Positions 45,891 to 55,570 are shown, counted from the stretch's first letter. The stretch is 64,000 nt of DNA from Planctomycetota bacterium (GCA_004376375.1 SOJX01000079.1:54454-118453); one strand, 5' to 3'. Made by a program: numbers and translations. The notes: generated by a model from the letters alone, not told the origin.

Positions 45891-45910
45891 AGCTATAAAG
45901 GAGGCTTTTT

Positions 45911-46348
45911 ATGAATAAATGTCGTCTCTTTTTTACAGCGGCTTTGATTGCCGTTGCCCTTTCCATCGCGATGGATTCTGCCATGCCTGACGATGAAAGT
46001 CCTACCGCAAAGCAGATCGGCCGCCATATGAAAAAATACCTGGGGGAAGAACTCACCTTCAGAGACGAGATCGGTTACATCTTCAAGCGGTCGAGGAAGT
46101 GGGAAGGATTTTTCCGTTTTGACACCGAGTACGTCCCATGCCGCATCTCCGATGAAATGAAAGATGAAATTGAGCTTATCAAGGAGATGATGCGCAGAGA
46201 GGTGGAGCCTAACTGGATTGCGCTTACAGGCAACGTTGTCATTCCCGGAAAGTGCCCCATTGAATATGTTTTCGATGTCTCCGGGGCCACGCGTCCGGTC
46301 TACCCGCGGGACGACCTCAAGAAAGACGAGCCGGAAGGCGGGCAGTAG
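45911..46348 (+). CDS. Exported hypothetical protein
   Basis: AGGAGG RBS, signal-like N-terminus. Confidence 0.65.
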   Translation: MNKCRLFFTAALIAVALSIAMDSAMPDDESPTAKQIGRHMKKYLGEELTFRDEIGYIFKRSRKWEGFFRFDTEYVPCRISDEMKDEIELIKEMMRREVEPNWIALTGNVVIPGKCPIEYVFDVSGATRPVYPRDDLKKDEPEGGQ

Positions 46349-46354
46349 AAAGAA

Positions 46355-46702
46355 AGTATGAAGTATGAAGGCTGAAGTATGAAATAAAGAAATACTAATT
46401 TTCTTATAGGGGTATCTCCTTCACTCCAGTATATCACAAGGTGTAGCGGGTTTGAGATTAGCAGAACCACTACATATGGTGGCTACTTGAGTCAAAGGGA
46501 TACCCCTATTTTCTTAATTCATCCTTCATCCTTCATCCTTTATCCTTCATCCTTCATACTTCCCCCTCCGTGGCTCCGCGGTGAAATTCTTCAATCGAAA
46601 ATCCCAAATCGACAATCGAAGAACGCGCCGAGCAAGCGCGGCGGCTAAATGTATTATTAACATATTCTTAATTTCATACTTCATCCTTCATACTTCATAC
46701 TT
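46355..46702. repeat. Nested intergenic repeat cluster (TGAAGKA / TMCTTCA heptamer arrays, AAATCGA units, TTAG-REP)
   Basis: Inverted arrays at 46355..46384 and 46518..46562; REP at 46626..46648; array at 46673..46702. Confidence 0.8.
46407..46508. mobile_element. MITE-like element, 102 bp, with 8-bp target duplication TTTTCTTA
   Basis: Termini TAGGGGTATC...GATACCCCTA, ~45-bp imperfect inverted repeats; TTTTCTTA at 46399..46406 and 46509..46516. Confidence 0.75.
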
Positions 46703-46705
46703 TCT

Positions 46706-47458
46706 TTAGTGGCCTTCTGCGAGGCGCTGGCCGGAGTCGTTGGGCAGGCCGTTTATGTAGAACACGGTGTCAATGGCGGTTTTCACGTCATACGGGATAC
46801 GGCGGAAGTAAAACCCGTCGTCCCCGACGAGGACGTAGCACGCTCTGATGTCGCCGTCACGGGGCTGTCCGACCGAGCCGGCGTTGATAATCATCTTGCG
46901 GGAGCCGAGCTTAGGCATCTTGGGAGAGGAGGAGTGAAGGAACCGTACTTTTCCGTTATCCTTGAAAAACACGCCCCCGACGTGCGTGTGGCCGACGAAA
47001 AAAGTCTGTACGCCGTACTCGTCGCCGTCGAGCAGTTCTTCCGCGACTTCGGGATTGTCGATGTAGTCGAAGTAGCTGTCCGGCGTGCCGTGGGCGAAAA
47101 TTGTGTCCTGGATCTGCACGAAGCGTTTGAGCTTACTGCGCATGAAGCTCCAGCGCTTGCGGGCTTTCGGGCCCGAGTGCTGGTGCGGCAGCAGCAGTTC
47201 ACGCGTCCAGTAAACGGCTTTCGCGGCAATGATATTGAATTTTGATGGAACCTTGAAGGTGACTGCGTCGTCGTGGTTTCCGCGCAGGCAGAAGGTGAAG
47301 TCCATTGCAAGGTCTATAACTTCACGCGGGGTGCCGCCGTAGCCAACAAGGTCTCCGAGGCAGAAAATATTCCTCACGTGGTGCCGCTCGATATCCTCCA
47401 GCACCGCTTCAAGCGCCTCGAGGTTTGAGTGGATGTCGCTTATGACCGCATACCGCAT
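46706..47458 (-). CDS. Calcineurin-like metallophosphoesterase
   Basis: ISDIHSN, LGDLVGYG, RGNHD, HG, GHTH, NAGSVGQPRD. Confidence 0.92.
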   Translation of the reverse strand: MRYAVISDIHSNLEALEAVLEDIERHHVRNIFCLGDLVGYGGTPREVIDLAMDFTFCLRGNHDDAVTFKVPSKFNIIAAKAVYWTRELLLPHQHSGPKARKRWSFMRSKLKRFVQIQDTIFAHGTPDSYFDYIDNPEVAEELLDGDEYGVQTFFVGHTHVGGVFFKDNGKVRFLHSSSPKMPKLGSRKMIINAGSVGQPRDGDIRACYVLVGDDGFYFRRIPYDVKTAIDTVFYINGLPNDSGQRLAEGH

Positions 47459-47459
47459 T

Positions 47460-48326
47460 CTAGAAGGCTCCGCATTCGTCGACAATGGCGGCGCGGTAGT
47501 TCGCCATGAGCTTGCGCGTAATCTTTCCGGGAACGTTTTCGAAGAGCTCGTTCTCGTCCAGCGACCGAATCGGGATGACGCCTATGATCGCGTTGGTCAG
47601 GAAAGCCTCTTCCGCATTGGTGAAATCGTGCTTGTGTATTGCCCGCTCTTCTACCTGCTGGTGGAGTTTCTTGGCCAGTTCGAAAACCACTTTCCGTGCG
47701 ATACCCGGAACCACGCCGAGGGATGACGGCGGTGTAACCAGCCTTCTCCCGGTGAGGGCGAAGATATTTGCGCCCGCGCCTTCAAAGTACTCGCCTGCGC
47801 TGTTGGCGTAGAGGCGCTCGAACTTTCGGTCCGCGATGGCTTCGCTTCGAGTCAGGAGGTGTCTCTCGTAACTGAGGGATTTGCCGGGTTGCGAACGGCC
47901 GGGGCCGTAATCGTACGAAATCACCGTGCCGACGGCGACACCTTCCCGGTAAAATGAATCGGGCGGCAAAACGAGCTTGACCATCTGAAGGAACCAGTTG
48001 GGGTTTGCCGGCTTGTACCAGGGGCCGGGGCCGTCGCCTGCCGTTACGGTAAGCCGTGCCCGCCCGGCTTCAAGGCCGTTGGCCTCATACAATGCTTTTG
48101 CCTTTTCAGTTATCATCTCGTCGCGAACGGGAAAGGCGATGTTTCTTTCCTTGCACGCGTTACGCAGCCGGGCCAGGTGATCTTTCAGACGGAAAATAAC
48201 GCCGTTATGGACACGCATTGTTTCAAAAAAGCCGAATCCGTGCGTCAGGCCGCGGTCGGTAATCGAGACTTTGGCCTCGGATAAGGGCACAATCTGACCG
48301 TTGATGCAGACCGTTTCGCTGCTCAT
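47460..48326 (-). CDS. Class IV aminotransferase (aminodeoxychorismate lyase PabC-like)
   Basis: DRG..HG.G.FETMR, HLARL, GKSLSY, EGAGANIF, PGIAR, EEAFLTN; directly after pabB. Confidence 0.85.
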   Translation of the reverse strand: MSSETVCINGQIVPLSEAKVSITDRGLTHGFGFFETMRVHNGVIFRLKDHLARLRNACKERNIAFPVRDEMITEKAKALYEANGLEAGRARLTVTAGDGPGPWYKPANPNWFLQMVKLVLPPDSFYREGVAVGTVISYDYGPGRSQPGKSLSYERHLLTRSEAIADRKFERLYANSAGEYFEGAGANIFALTGRRLVTPPSSLGVVPGIARKVVFELAKKLHQQVEERAIHKHDFTNAEEAFLTNAIIGVIPIRSLDENELFENVPGKITRKLMANYRAAIVDECGAF

Positions 48327-49753
48327 TTGCCGGTTACTCCTGAGACCGCTTCAAACATTGCTTTGGCTTTGTCGAGCGTTTCCTGGTATTCCAGGTCCGG
48401 GTCGCTGTCGGCGACTATGCCTCCGCCAACCTGCAGGTAAACCGTACCATTCTTCAGCAGCATTGTGCGGATGGCGATGTTCAGATCCATGGAGCCGTTG
48501 AATCCGATATATCCGATTGCCCCGGTGTATGGTCCGCGGGCGGTAGGCTCGAGTTCGTCGATTATCTCCATGGCGCGGATTTTGGGTGCGCCTGTAATCG
48601 ATCCGCCCGGGAAGGTGGCGCGGACCAGGTCGATCAGGCTTTTGTCTTCGTGCAGTTTACCCATTATCGTCGCGACCAGGTGGTAAACGGTCGAGTATTC
48701 CTCGAGTACCCGCGGCTCCGTAACGGCGATCGACCCGTAATCGCAGACCCGTCCGAGGTCGTTGCGCTCGAGGTCGACTATCATCGCCAGCTCGGCATTG
48801 TCTTTTTCGCTTGCTATAAGTTCCGCCTTCGCGTGCTCGTCCGCTTTCTCGTCGCCGACACGGGGTCGAGTGCCCTTGATCGGACGGGTTTCAACAAGCC
48901 TGCCCCGGACTCTCAAAAAACGCTCCGGCGAGCTCGAAAGAATTGAACGATCGCCCATGGAGAGGAACGCCGCAAACGGCGCGTTGTTGGCTTCTCTGAG
49001 GCGCCGGTAAAGAGCCTGGGGTGAAAGTGAGGTCTTTCCCTCGAACCTTTGAGAGAAATTCACCTGGAAGATATCGCCTGCGGCAATGTACTCTTTTGCT
49101 TTAGCGACGGAAGCAAGATATTCTTCGCGCTCGATATTGGGCACCAGTTCAGTTTGCGTAGAGGAAGCCGGTGATTTGCCGTCATCGCCCGGGAGCGGCG
49201 GTGGTTTTTCGGAGAAACGGCGGTTGCATATGGCCGCCCAGGCGCCGATTTCGTCACGGAACGCACTCATCCCCATGTTCCTGAGGTCGGTGCCGCCCGC
49301 CGTCCAGGTTTCCTCTTTGTGATCGTAAACCAGGAAGCGGTCGTAAAACGCGAAGTAGATATCGGGAAACGCCATATCGTCCCGGACGGAGCGCGGGAGT
49401 TTTTCGACAAAGTGGCAGAGGTCGTAGCCGAAATACCCGATAGCGCCGCCGAGAGCGGGAACGGGGATGTCTTCGACAGGCGAGCTGAATTTCTCTATCT
49501 GAAGCGCAAGCTCGTCAAACGGGTCCGCGGACCGCGCGATGGCGAACTCCTCGCGCTGGTACCGCACGACGTCGGCCTTTGAGGAAAGGACGAAGTAGGG
49601 GTTGCTGCCGATTATGGAGTAAGAACCAAGCTTCTCCGACTCCATCGCCGAGTCCAGGAAGAATAATCCCGGCTCGCCCGCGAGGTGGCAGAAAACGTCG
49701 AAAGGTTCGGCTGATAAAGGGAGTTGTTCCCAGTAGACAGCTAGAGACTTCAT
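48323..49753 (-). CDS. pabB: Aminodeoxychorismate synthase component I
   Basis: GDIFQVN, SSSPERF, TRPIKGTR (PIKG typical of PabB), MIVDLERNDL, FPGGSITGAPK, GGGIVADS. Confidence 0.88.
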   Translation of the reverse strand: MKSLAVYWEQLPLSAEPFDVFCHLAGEPGLFFLDSAMESEKLGSYSIIGSNPYFVLSSKADVVRYQREEFAIARSADPFDELALQIEKFSSPVEDIPVPALGGAIGYFGYDLCHFVEKLPRSVRDDMAFPDIYFAFYDRFLVYDHKEETWTAGGTDLRNMGMSAFRDEIGAWAAICNRRFSEKPPPLPGDDGKSPASSTQTELVPNIEREEYLASVAKAKEYIAAGDIFQVNFSQRFEGKTSLSPQALYRRLREANNAPFAAFLSMGDRSILSSSPERFLRVRGRLVETRPIKGTRPRVGDEKADEHAKAELIASEKDNAELAMIVDLERNDLGRVCDYGSIAVTEPRVLEEYSTVYHLVATIMGKLHEDKSLIDLVRATFPGGSITGAPKIRAMEIIDELEPTARGPYTGAIGYIGFNGSMDLNIAIRTMLLKNGTVYLQVGGGIVADSDPDLEYQETLDKAKAMFEAVSGVTGK

Positions 49754-49941
49754 TATACCTTCTTGTTGGTTTACCTCTTGACGTAATACGCCATAATACG
49801 CACAGAAGCACCCCGTGTCAAGGGGAAAGGTTGTTTTGCATAATTCCATTTGGGCGCTTATTTTCGATTTTTCGGTTGCAAAGCTCCAGAACCGACTTAT
49901 AATAATTTCTACTGCCGGGATAGTATAAAAAAGGAGGCGGT

Positions 49942-51429
49942 ATGCGCTACCGCATAGGTGTGTTAATCAGCATAACGTTGTTTGCGTTTGTGGTTTCAGG
50001 CTGCGGGGACCCGAGTGAATATTCTCTGCCAATTGATTCCAAGACGGGGAAACCCTACGTCGCCGGCAGGATGTTCACGCAGCAAAAGCCTGAGAAAGAC
50101 AAAGAGGGAGAATATCCGCCGCACAACATTATCGAGCCGGTGAAAGCCTGGCAGTACAAAAGGAAGAAATCCCAGGAAGGCAATCCCGAGTCGGAAGAAA
50201 AAGTCCGCGACCTGGAAGTTGTGGATTACCTGAAACGCTATCGTGGGACTCAGTGGCACCTTGCTGAAAACAGAGACGTTATAGACGATATAACGGGAAT
50301 AAACGAAGGCAAAATCAAGCACATCGAAAACATTTCATATTTCGACACGACCGCTTTAGACTCGGCCGGGCAACCGGATCCGAACGAGGTTTACTACGTC
50401 CACCCCAACCGCCTTGCCGAAAACTCGGCCAAGGTTTTCGTGAACGAGCGGGAAGAAATCCAGAAGCTTTACAGGGACGAGTACCCGAGCGATTTTTACC
50501 TTGACCGCGAAGTAAACAAGAACCGCAAGGCGATGGGGGCCTATGACCCGATAACAAGGCTTAACTGGCCGGAAGAGCTCGAAGCCGGCCTCAAAGACCC
50601 GGACGGACCGGGCGGCACGATAATGAAGAAAACCAGGGAGTTCGACTTTTCCACGGAAGCCGCAAACAGCGATGACCTGAAGTCCGAGTTCTTCAAAGAG
50701 CTGCAGGTGCTTTTCACCAACCTTGCACAGCATATTCGCAACGTTGAAGCGCAGATCGTGCCGTATCCCGATCCGCCTTTCAAGACAAAATCCACATCCG
50801 CTAGGGCCACCGACCTTGAGTCAAACTACAACATAGAGAGCGCGGACAAAATCAAGAGGCTGAACCTTTCGCAGCGAAAGGAATTCGAGCTTTTCGGGCA
50901 TGTTCCTATCGAGGTCGACCCCGGTTCGATGGAGGCACTGGGCATCAAGTACGTCAAGGACATGTTCTTCGAAATATGGAACCAGATTAATGCCGCCCCC
51001 GGCGAGGAGCGCGAGCCACTGGATCCGAAGGAGGAAACGAAGGGCCTCAAGGAGCTGCGGCAAAAACTCAGGCTTGACCCCAAAAGCGGCGACGGAACCC
51101 AGGGCGCGCTTTTTGGGATGAAATCCGAGGTTACGCCGAAAGAGACGGAAGTGATTAATGCAATAAAGAAATTTGTCGACGAGCTGCTGGATGAGGTCCG
51201 TTTGCTCCAGGATCAGAAACAGCTTATCAAGAAATCGGAAATTGACGTGCCTGATATTGAAGGCGAAGAGGACGAGGAGTTTTTTGAAGAAGAGTCTGAA
51301 CCTGGCACGGAAGAAGAAACTGAATCTGACACGGAAGAAGAAACTGAATCTGACGCGGAAGAAGAGGCTGAGTCTGATACGGATGAAACCGAAGGTGAGT
51401 CGGACACGGACGAGAAAAGCGGCGAATAG
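49942..51429 (+). CDS. Hypothetical lipoprotein with an acidic repeat tail
   Basis: AGGAGG RBS, VSGC lipobox; EEETESD(T/A) repeats. Confidence 0.8.
   Translation: MRYRIGVLISITLFAFVVSGCGDPSEYSLPIDSKTGKPYVAGRMFTQQKPEKDKEGEYPPHNIIEPVKAWQYKRKKSQEGNPESEEKVRDLEVVDYLKRYRGTQWHLAENRDVIDDITGINEGKIKHIENISYFDTTALDSAGQPDPNEVYYVHPNRLAENSAKVFVNEREEIQKLYRDEYPSDFYLDREVNKNRKAMGAYDPITRLNWPEELEAGLKDPDGPGGTIMKKTREFDFSTEAANSDDLKSEFFKELQVLFTNLAQHIRNVEAQIVPYPDPPFKTKSTSARATDLESNYNIESADKIKRLNLSQRKEFELFGHVPIEVDPGSMEALGIKYVKDMFFEIWNQINAAPGEEREPLDPKEETKGLKELRQKLRLDPKSGDGTQGALFGMKSEVTPKETEVINAIKKFVDELLDEVRLLQDQKQLIKKSEIDVPDIEGEEDEEFFEEESEPGTEEETESDTEEETESDAEEEAESDTDETEGESDTDEKSGE
51286..51410 (+). repeat. In-frame 24-bp tandem repeat encoding EEETESDx
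   Basis: GAAGAAGAAACTGAATCTGACACG-like units, about 4-5 copies. Confidence 0.8.
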
Positions 51430-51472
51430 AACCGTTTTACCATGATAATTTGCTTCCCGGATGTGTAAATAC

Positions 51473-51506
51473 AAACGCGAGAATTACAATTCTCGCGTTT
51501 TATTTT
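51473..51506 (+). terminator. Rho-independent terminator
   Basis: AAACGCGAGAATT-AC-AATTCTCGCGTTT followed by a T-rich tract. Confidence 0.7.
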
Positions 51507-51537
51507 GCAGTGAAGCGATTACGTGAAAAGTTGAATA

Positions 51538-52122
51538 ATGCCGGAACCGGGGCTCATACATTATTATTTCGGCACAGGTAAGGGGAAAACGACCGCATCC
51601 CTCGGGCTGGCGCTAAGGATGCTCGGGCACGGTGGCCGGGTCGCGAGCTATCACTTCATGAAGTCGTCGAACCGCTATGGCGAATTCCGCGGCGCGGCCG
51701 GGTTTGACGATTCGTGGAGCCTGGTTCTTGCAGGACCGCCTTGCGTGAATCCGGGTGCGGTTGAGCCCGATTTTATCTGTGAAGGATGCATGGCATGCCA
51801 CGTTGCGCCGGGCAATCCGAAGCCCGAGGATATTGAAGCTGCCGAAAAAGGTCTTGCCGGGGCCGCCGGGATACTTGAAGCAGGCAATGCAGACCTGGTT
51901 ATCCTTGATGAGGTCGGTTACGCAGTTGAGCTGGGACTGCTGGATGTTTCCGCTGTTCTCGAGGCAGTCAAAACACGCGCGACAGGTGTGGAAGTAGTGC
52001 TTACCGGCGGGAGGAGCAGGAATTCAGAGTTTGCAGCGCTTGCCGATTACGTTACGGAGATGGTCGAGCAGACGCACCATTATAAAACCGGACGCATAGA
52101 AGTTGAAGGCATAGACTTTTAA
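51538..52122 (+). CDS. cobO: Cob(I)alamin adenosyltransferase (CobO/BtuR type) with a Cys-rich insert
   Basis: G.GKGKTTASLGLALR, FMK, LVILDE, EVVLTG, ADYVTEM, GIDF. Confidence 0.85.
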   Translation: MPEPGLIHYYFGTGKGKTTASLGLALRMLGHGGRVASYHFMKSSNRYGEFRGAAGFDDSWSLVLAGPPCVNPGAVEPDFICEGCMACHVAPGNPKPEDIEAAEKGLAGAAGILEAGNADLVILDEVGYAVELGLLDVSAVLEAVKTRATGVEVVLTGGRSRNSEFAALADYVTEMVEQTHHYKTGRIEVEGIDF

Positions 52123-52262
52123 AAGTATGAAGGATGAAGTATAAAGGATGAAGTGAAGAATATTAAAATATATTTAGCCGCCGGGCTTGCCCGGCGTGTC
52201 TTTTTAAAGGCTGAAGTATGAAATCTTATGCTTTCATACTTCAGCCTTCATACTTCATACTT
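52121..52262. repeat. Composite TGAAGKA array + TTAG-REP, followed by an inverted TGAAGTA/TACTTCA hairpin
   Basis: 52121..52198 closely matches the reverse complement of 46622..46703. Confidence 0.8.
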
Positions 52263-52927
52263 TCTTTTGTAATGTCGGTAAATACGAAGCCGTCGCGGTC
52301 TACTGTCTTGCCGACTTTTGCTTTAATTGCATGCCTGAACATCGGGCCGTTGAAAACGAAAGTGTGAAATTCCCCGTTTTCACCGCATGGATCTGTGTTT
52401 TCAGGCAGGTCTTCGAGGAATTCTGAATTATATTCCCGCCCGGCAAAATCACGCGGCAGTTTCCCGGGATCGAGGCAGGTAACATAAGCGCGTAGCCCGT
52501 TTGCAATCATTTCACGGGCCAGTTTCCCGGTATCCAGCTTCCACAGCGGGAAAACGCCGGTCATTCCAATTTCCGCCAGTCTGTCCTCGCGATAAGAACG
52601 AATGTCTTCGAGAAAGACGTCGCCGAAGATCACGTGCGTGATGCCGTCTGCAGCGGCGCTTTCCATTGCCTTGCGCATGGTATTGTTGTAATCTTCGTCA
52701 GTGCAGGAGGCGGGGATATTGACTCGATAGAGCGGAAGATCGAGAGCTTCGGCCTGTGCTTCGAGCAATTCTTCGCGAACGCCGTGCATGGAAACGCGGC
52801 CGTAGGTCTCGGTTACGGTCGTCAACAATCCGGCGATTTCGTATCCGCCGCCCTGTTGAGTCACATGCAGAGCCCACGCGCTGTCTTTGCCGCTGCTCCA
52901 GGCGATTAGAACTTTTGGCCCGGTCAT
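52241..52927 (-). CDS. PP-loop ATP-binding protein (MJ0570/diphthamide-synthase-like)
   Basis: WSSGKDS, RVSMHG, FGD.FLED, DPCGENGEFHTFV. Confidence 0.88.
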   Translation of the reverse strand: MTGPKVLIAWSSGKDSAWALHVTQQGGGYEIAGLLTTVTETYGRVSMHGVREELLEAQAEALDLPLYRVNIPASCTDEDYNNTMRKAMESAAADGITHVIFGDVFLEDIRSYREDRLAEIGMTGVFPLWKLDTGKLAREMIANGLRAYVTCLDPGKLPRDFAGREYNSEFLEDLPENTDPCGENGEFHTFVFNGPMFRHAIKAKVGKTVDRDGFVFTDITKESMKYEG

Positions 52928-53121
52928 ATGATGCTTCAGCCTCCGGCTTGTTGTAATAAATCAAATGTATTAAACCCTGTCAACAGTTTAGCTGCACGGA
53001 TGCGCGGTTACATATGGAAAAATCTTGATTTAAACGCTTTGACGTGCTATTCTTAAAGAACGGTAAATGTACGCGGTTGCGGTTTGCGTGCAGGACGGAC
53101 ACATCCCAGAGGAAAACTGAA

Positions 53122-54237
53122 ATGGCTTGGTTCGGAAAGAAAAAATCGCGTGAAGACAGGGTCAAGAAGTTTTCTGAAAGAATGATCGCTGCGCGAGACA
53201 GTGATGATGAACCTGCCGAGAAAAAAGAACAACCCAGAGTATCGGACCAGTTCAATATACCCGACCTGAGTGATGACCTGGATCTTGCCGATGATGTGGA
53301 CCTGTCCAATATCGATCCACAATCCGATCTGGCGGAAACGGCGCTGCCTGACTCGCCCGGTGGCGATGATGGCCGTTCTGCGGCAGATATCCTTAAACAG
53401 TTGAACAGTCCTCAACAGGCGGCCACAGGGCCGGCGATTGACCCATTGGGTATCGGCGACGTTATCGATGATGATCTGGTTATCGATACTCCGGATGATA
53501 AGACCGGTTCTCGCGATCATATAGCCGAGGTGGACCTCGAGCTTGAAGATGATATTGAACTGGATGATCTGGATGACATTGATATAAGCGTGAATTTAAC
53601 GCCTAAAACCGCACCGGTGCCGCCTGCTGCTCCCGTTTCAGCACCTGGTAAAGAGATGAGCGATAACCAGACAAGGATTGGACGCCTGCTTCTGGCCGAA
53701 GGCCCGTTTACCCGTGATGCACTTCGCTCGGAACTTGAAAGTGCGGGAAGGCTGGCGAGCCCGATCGCGCAGGTGCTGTTGAATACCGGGGCTCCGGAGG
53801 AATCGGCGCTGTTTGTGCTACTGCTGAAAAATTACAGAATACCGAAAGTACGGCTCGACGGATTCCGCATTCCTCAGCAGCTTCGGACGGTTATACCGCC
53901 GGACCTTGTGCAAAGATTTCGGATGATTCCCATCGACCTCGTAGGCGATATCCTCTGCATCGCGGTCGAAAACCTGTACACGTTACCTTCCAAGGCGCTA
54001 CTTGAGCTGCGGGAACGGACCGGTTACCGGGTCAAGGTCTTCGCAGGCGATGCGGCAAACGTTTCCCGTCTGCTTGGCTCACCCGCCGCGGGCCGTGTGT
54101 TGAAACCCCGAAAAGTCCGTTTGGACGATCTGGGGGGCCTTGCGCCGATTTCGCCCGAGCCCGGTCATTCTGCTGCCGCTTTTCGATATGGCTATTGCGG
54201 ACCCGGGACGCTCATGCCTGTTCCGGCGAAGCCCTGA
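53122..54237 (+). CDS. Acidic-linker protein with an MshEN/T2SSE_N-like domain and no ATPase
   Basis: RIGRLLLAEG...IAQVLL..G and IP..L..RFRMIPI...GDILCIAV. Confidence 0.6.
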   Translation: MAWFGKKKSREDRVKKFSERMIAARDSDDEPAEKKEQPRVSDQFNIPDLSDDLDLADDVDLSNIDPQSDLAETALPDSPGGDDGRSAADILKQLNSPQQAATGPAIDPLGIGDVIDDDLVIDTPDDKTGSRDHIAEVDLELEDDIELDDLDDIDISVNLTPKTAPVPPAAPVSAPGKEMSDNQTRIGRLLLAEGPFTRDALRSELESAGRLASPIAQVLLNTGAPEESALFVLLLKNYRIPKVRLDGFRIPQQLRTVIPPDLVQRFRMIPIDLVGDILCIAVENLYTLPSKALLELRERTGYRVKVFAGDAANVSRLLGSPAAGRVLKPRKVRLDDLGGLAPISPEPGHSAAAFRYGYCGPGTLMPVPAKP

Positions 54238-54347
54238 AACACCGTTTTTGTAAACCTTATTTCTCCTTGCAATCCCATACTGTTTCAGTACAATTAGAAC
54301 GTTCGTTTTCCAAGGCCAGACTATAGTATGCAATTCCGAGCGGAATC

Positions 54348-54902
54348 ATGATTGCCAATGAGATCAAGCCGAACGACGTGCTGCTTATGGACGGAGAGCT
54401 TTACCGCATCACCTCGGTTACCCATATAAAACCGGGCAAGGGCGGCGCATTCGTCAAAGGCAAGAAGAAAAACCTCAAGACGGGGGCCGTTACGGATTAT
54501 TCTTTCCGCTCTGCCGAGAAGGTCGAGAAACCTTTTCTTGAAAAGAAAGGCATGGAGTTCTCCTACCGTGAAGGTGATTTCTTATATTTCATGGATACGG
54601 AGACGTACGAACAGACGCCGATCACAAAGGAATCACTGGGCGACATGGCCCTGTTTCTCGTGGAGGGCGTCGAGGTTAACGCGTTGTATCACGGAACCGA
54701 AATCATCACTATCGACCTGCCGGAGACCGTTGTCCTCGAGATAAAGGAAACCGAGCCCGGCTTCAAGGGGGACACGGCCCAGGGCGGCAACAAGCCGATT
54801 ACATTCGAGACCGGGCTGACATCGAACGGTCCCATGTTTTTGAATATCGGGGACAAAGTCAAGATAGACACCCGGACCGGAGAATATCTCGAGCGGGCAT
54901 AG
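54348..54902 (+). CDS. efp: Translation elongation factor P
   Basis: HIKPGKGGAFV, FMDTETYEQ, PGFKGDTA, ETG, DTRTGEY. Confidence 0.97.
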   Translation: MIANEIKPNDVLLMDGELYRITSVTHIKPGKGGAFVKGKKKNLKTGAVTDYSFRSAEKVEKPFLEKKGMEFSYREGDFLYFMDTETYEQTPITKESLGDMALFLVEGVEVNALYHGTEIITIDLPETVVLEIKETEPGFKGDTAQGGNKPITFETGLTSNGPMFLNIGDKVKIDTRTGEYLERA

Positions 54903-54956
54903 CCGGACTGTTCCGCGGGGAGGAACGTCGACTTCAGGGAAATCCCAGGGTAAACG

Positions 54957-54980
54957 CGGCGCCATACCGGGCGCCGTTTT
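54957..54980 (+). terminator. Possible terminator between efp and the accB-like gene
   Basis: CGGCGCC-ATACCG-GGCGCCG-TTTT. Confidence 0.45.
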
Positions 54981-55010
54981 GCCAGACAGTAAAATTCCGA
55001 ATGTGAGAGG

Positions 55011-55508
55011 ATGGCGATGAAATTCGAATTTGACAAGCTTCGGGAGCTTATCCGGTTCATGGACGAGAACGGCCTCGTCGAGGTAGAGCTTTCCGATTCC
55101 TCGGAGCAGATCCGACTTCGACGACCCGAAATAATGCAATACGAAATCGAGACCGAAACGGAAGATGTGAAAATAAATCCCGCAACCCCCGAGGCGGCCT
55201 CTGAAAAGGCGAAGGAGCCGGCGGCGGAACCTGTGCCGGAGCCGGAACCGGAGCCCGAGGCAGTTGATTTTACAGCCACAATGGTCGGTACGTTCCGCCG
55301 TGCGGCGCCCGGCGGTGAACCGTTTGTCGAAGTCGGCAAAGAGGTAAACCCGAAAACCGTTTTGTGCGTTATCGAGGCCATGTCGGTGCCGAACGAGATA
55401 CCTGCGAAGGTTTCAGGAAGCGTTACAGAAATTCTCGCGGAGGATGGACAGTCGGTGGAGTTTGGAACTCCGCTTTTTCGCATTGCAATATCACCGAAAA
55501 AAGGATAA
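55011..55508 (+). CDS. AccB/BCCP-like protein lacking the biotinylation lysine
   Basis: BCCP architecture (LRELIRFMDENGLVEVEL, Pro/Ala linker, MVGTF.RA..PG.EPFV.VG, EDGQSVEFG.PLF), but IEAMSVPNEI replaces IEAMKxxNEI. Confidence 0.85.
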   Translation: MAMKFEFDKLRELIRFMDENGLVEVELSDSSEQIRLRRPEIMQYEIETETEDVKINPATPEAASEKAKEPAAEPVPEPEPEPEAVDFTATMVGTFRRAAPGGEPFVEVGKEVNPKTVLCVIEAMSVPNEIPAKVSGSVTEILAEDGQSVEFGTPLFRIAISPKKG

Positions 55509-55570
55509 TCAGATTTTCTCCCGAAGGCTCGCAATAACTGCCGTCGGGAGACGCGAACGGGAGGCGTGAA

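Noticed and set aside
46466-46482. NrdR-box-like palindrome CCACTACATATGGTGG
   Set aside because: It lies inside the MITE inverted repeat between convergent genes, with no ribonucleotide reductase gene nearby
51787-51801. CxxCH (CMACH) as a c-type heme site in CobO
   Set aside because: The protein is cytoplasmic with no signal peptide, and the motif is part of a larger four-Cys cluster
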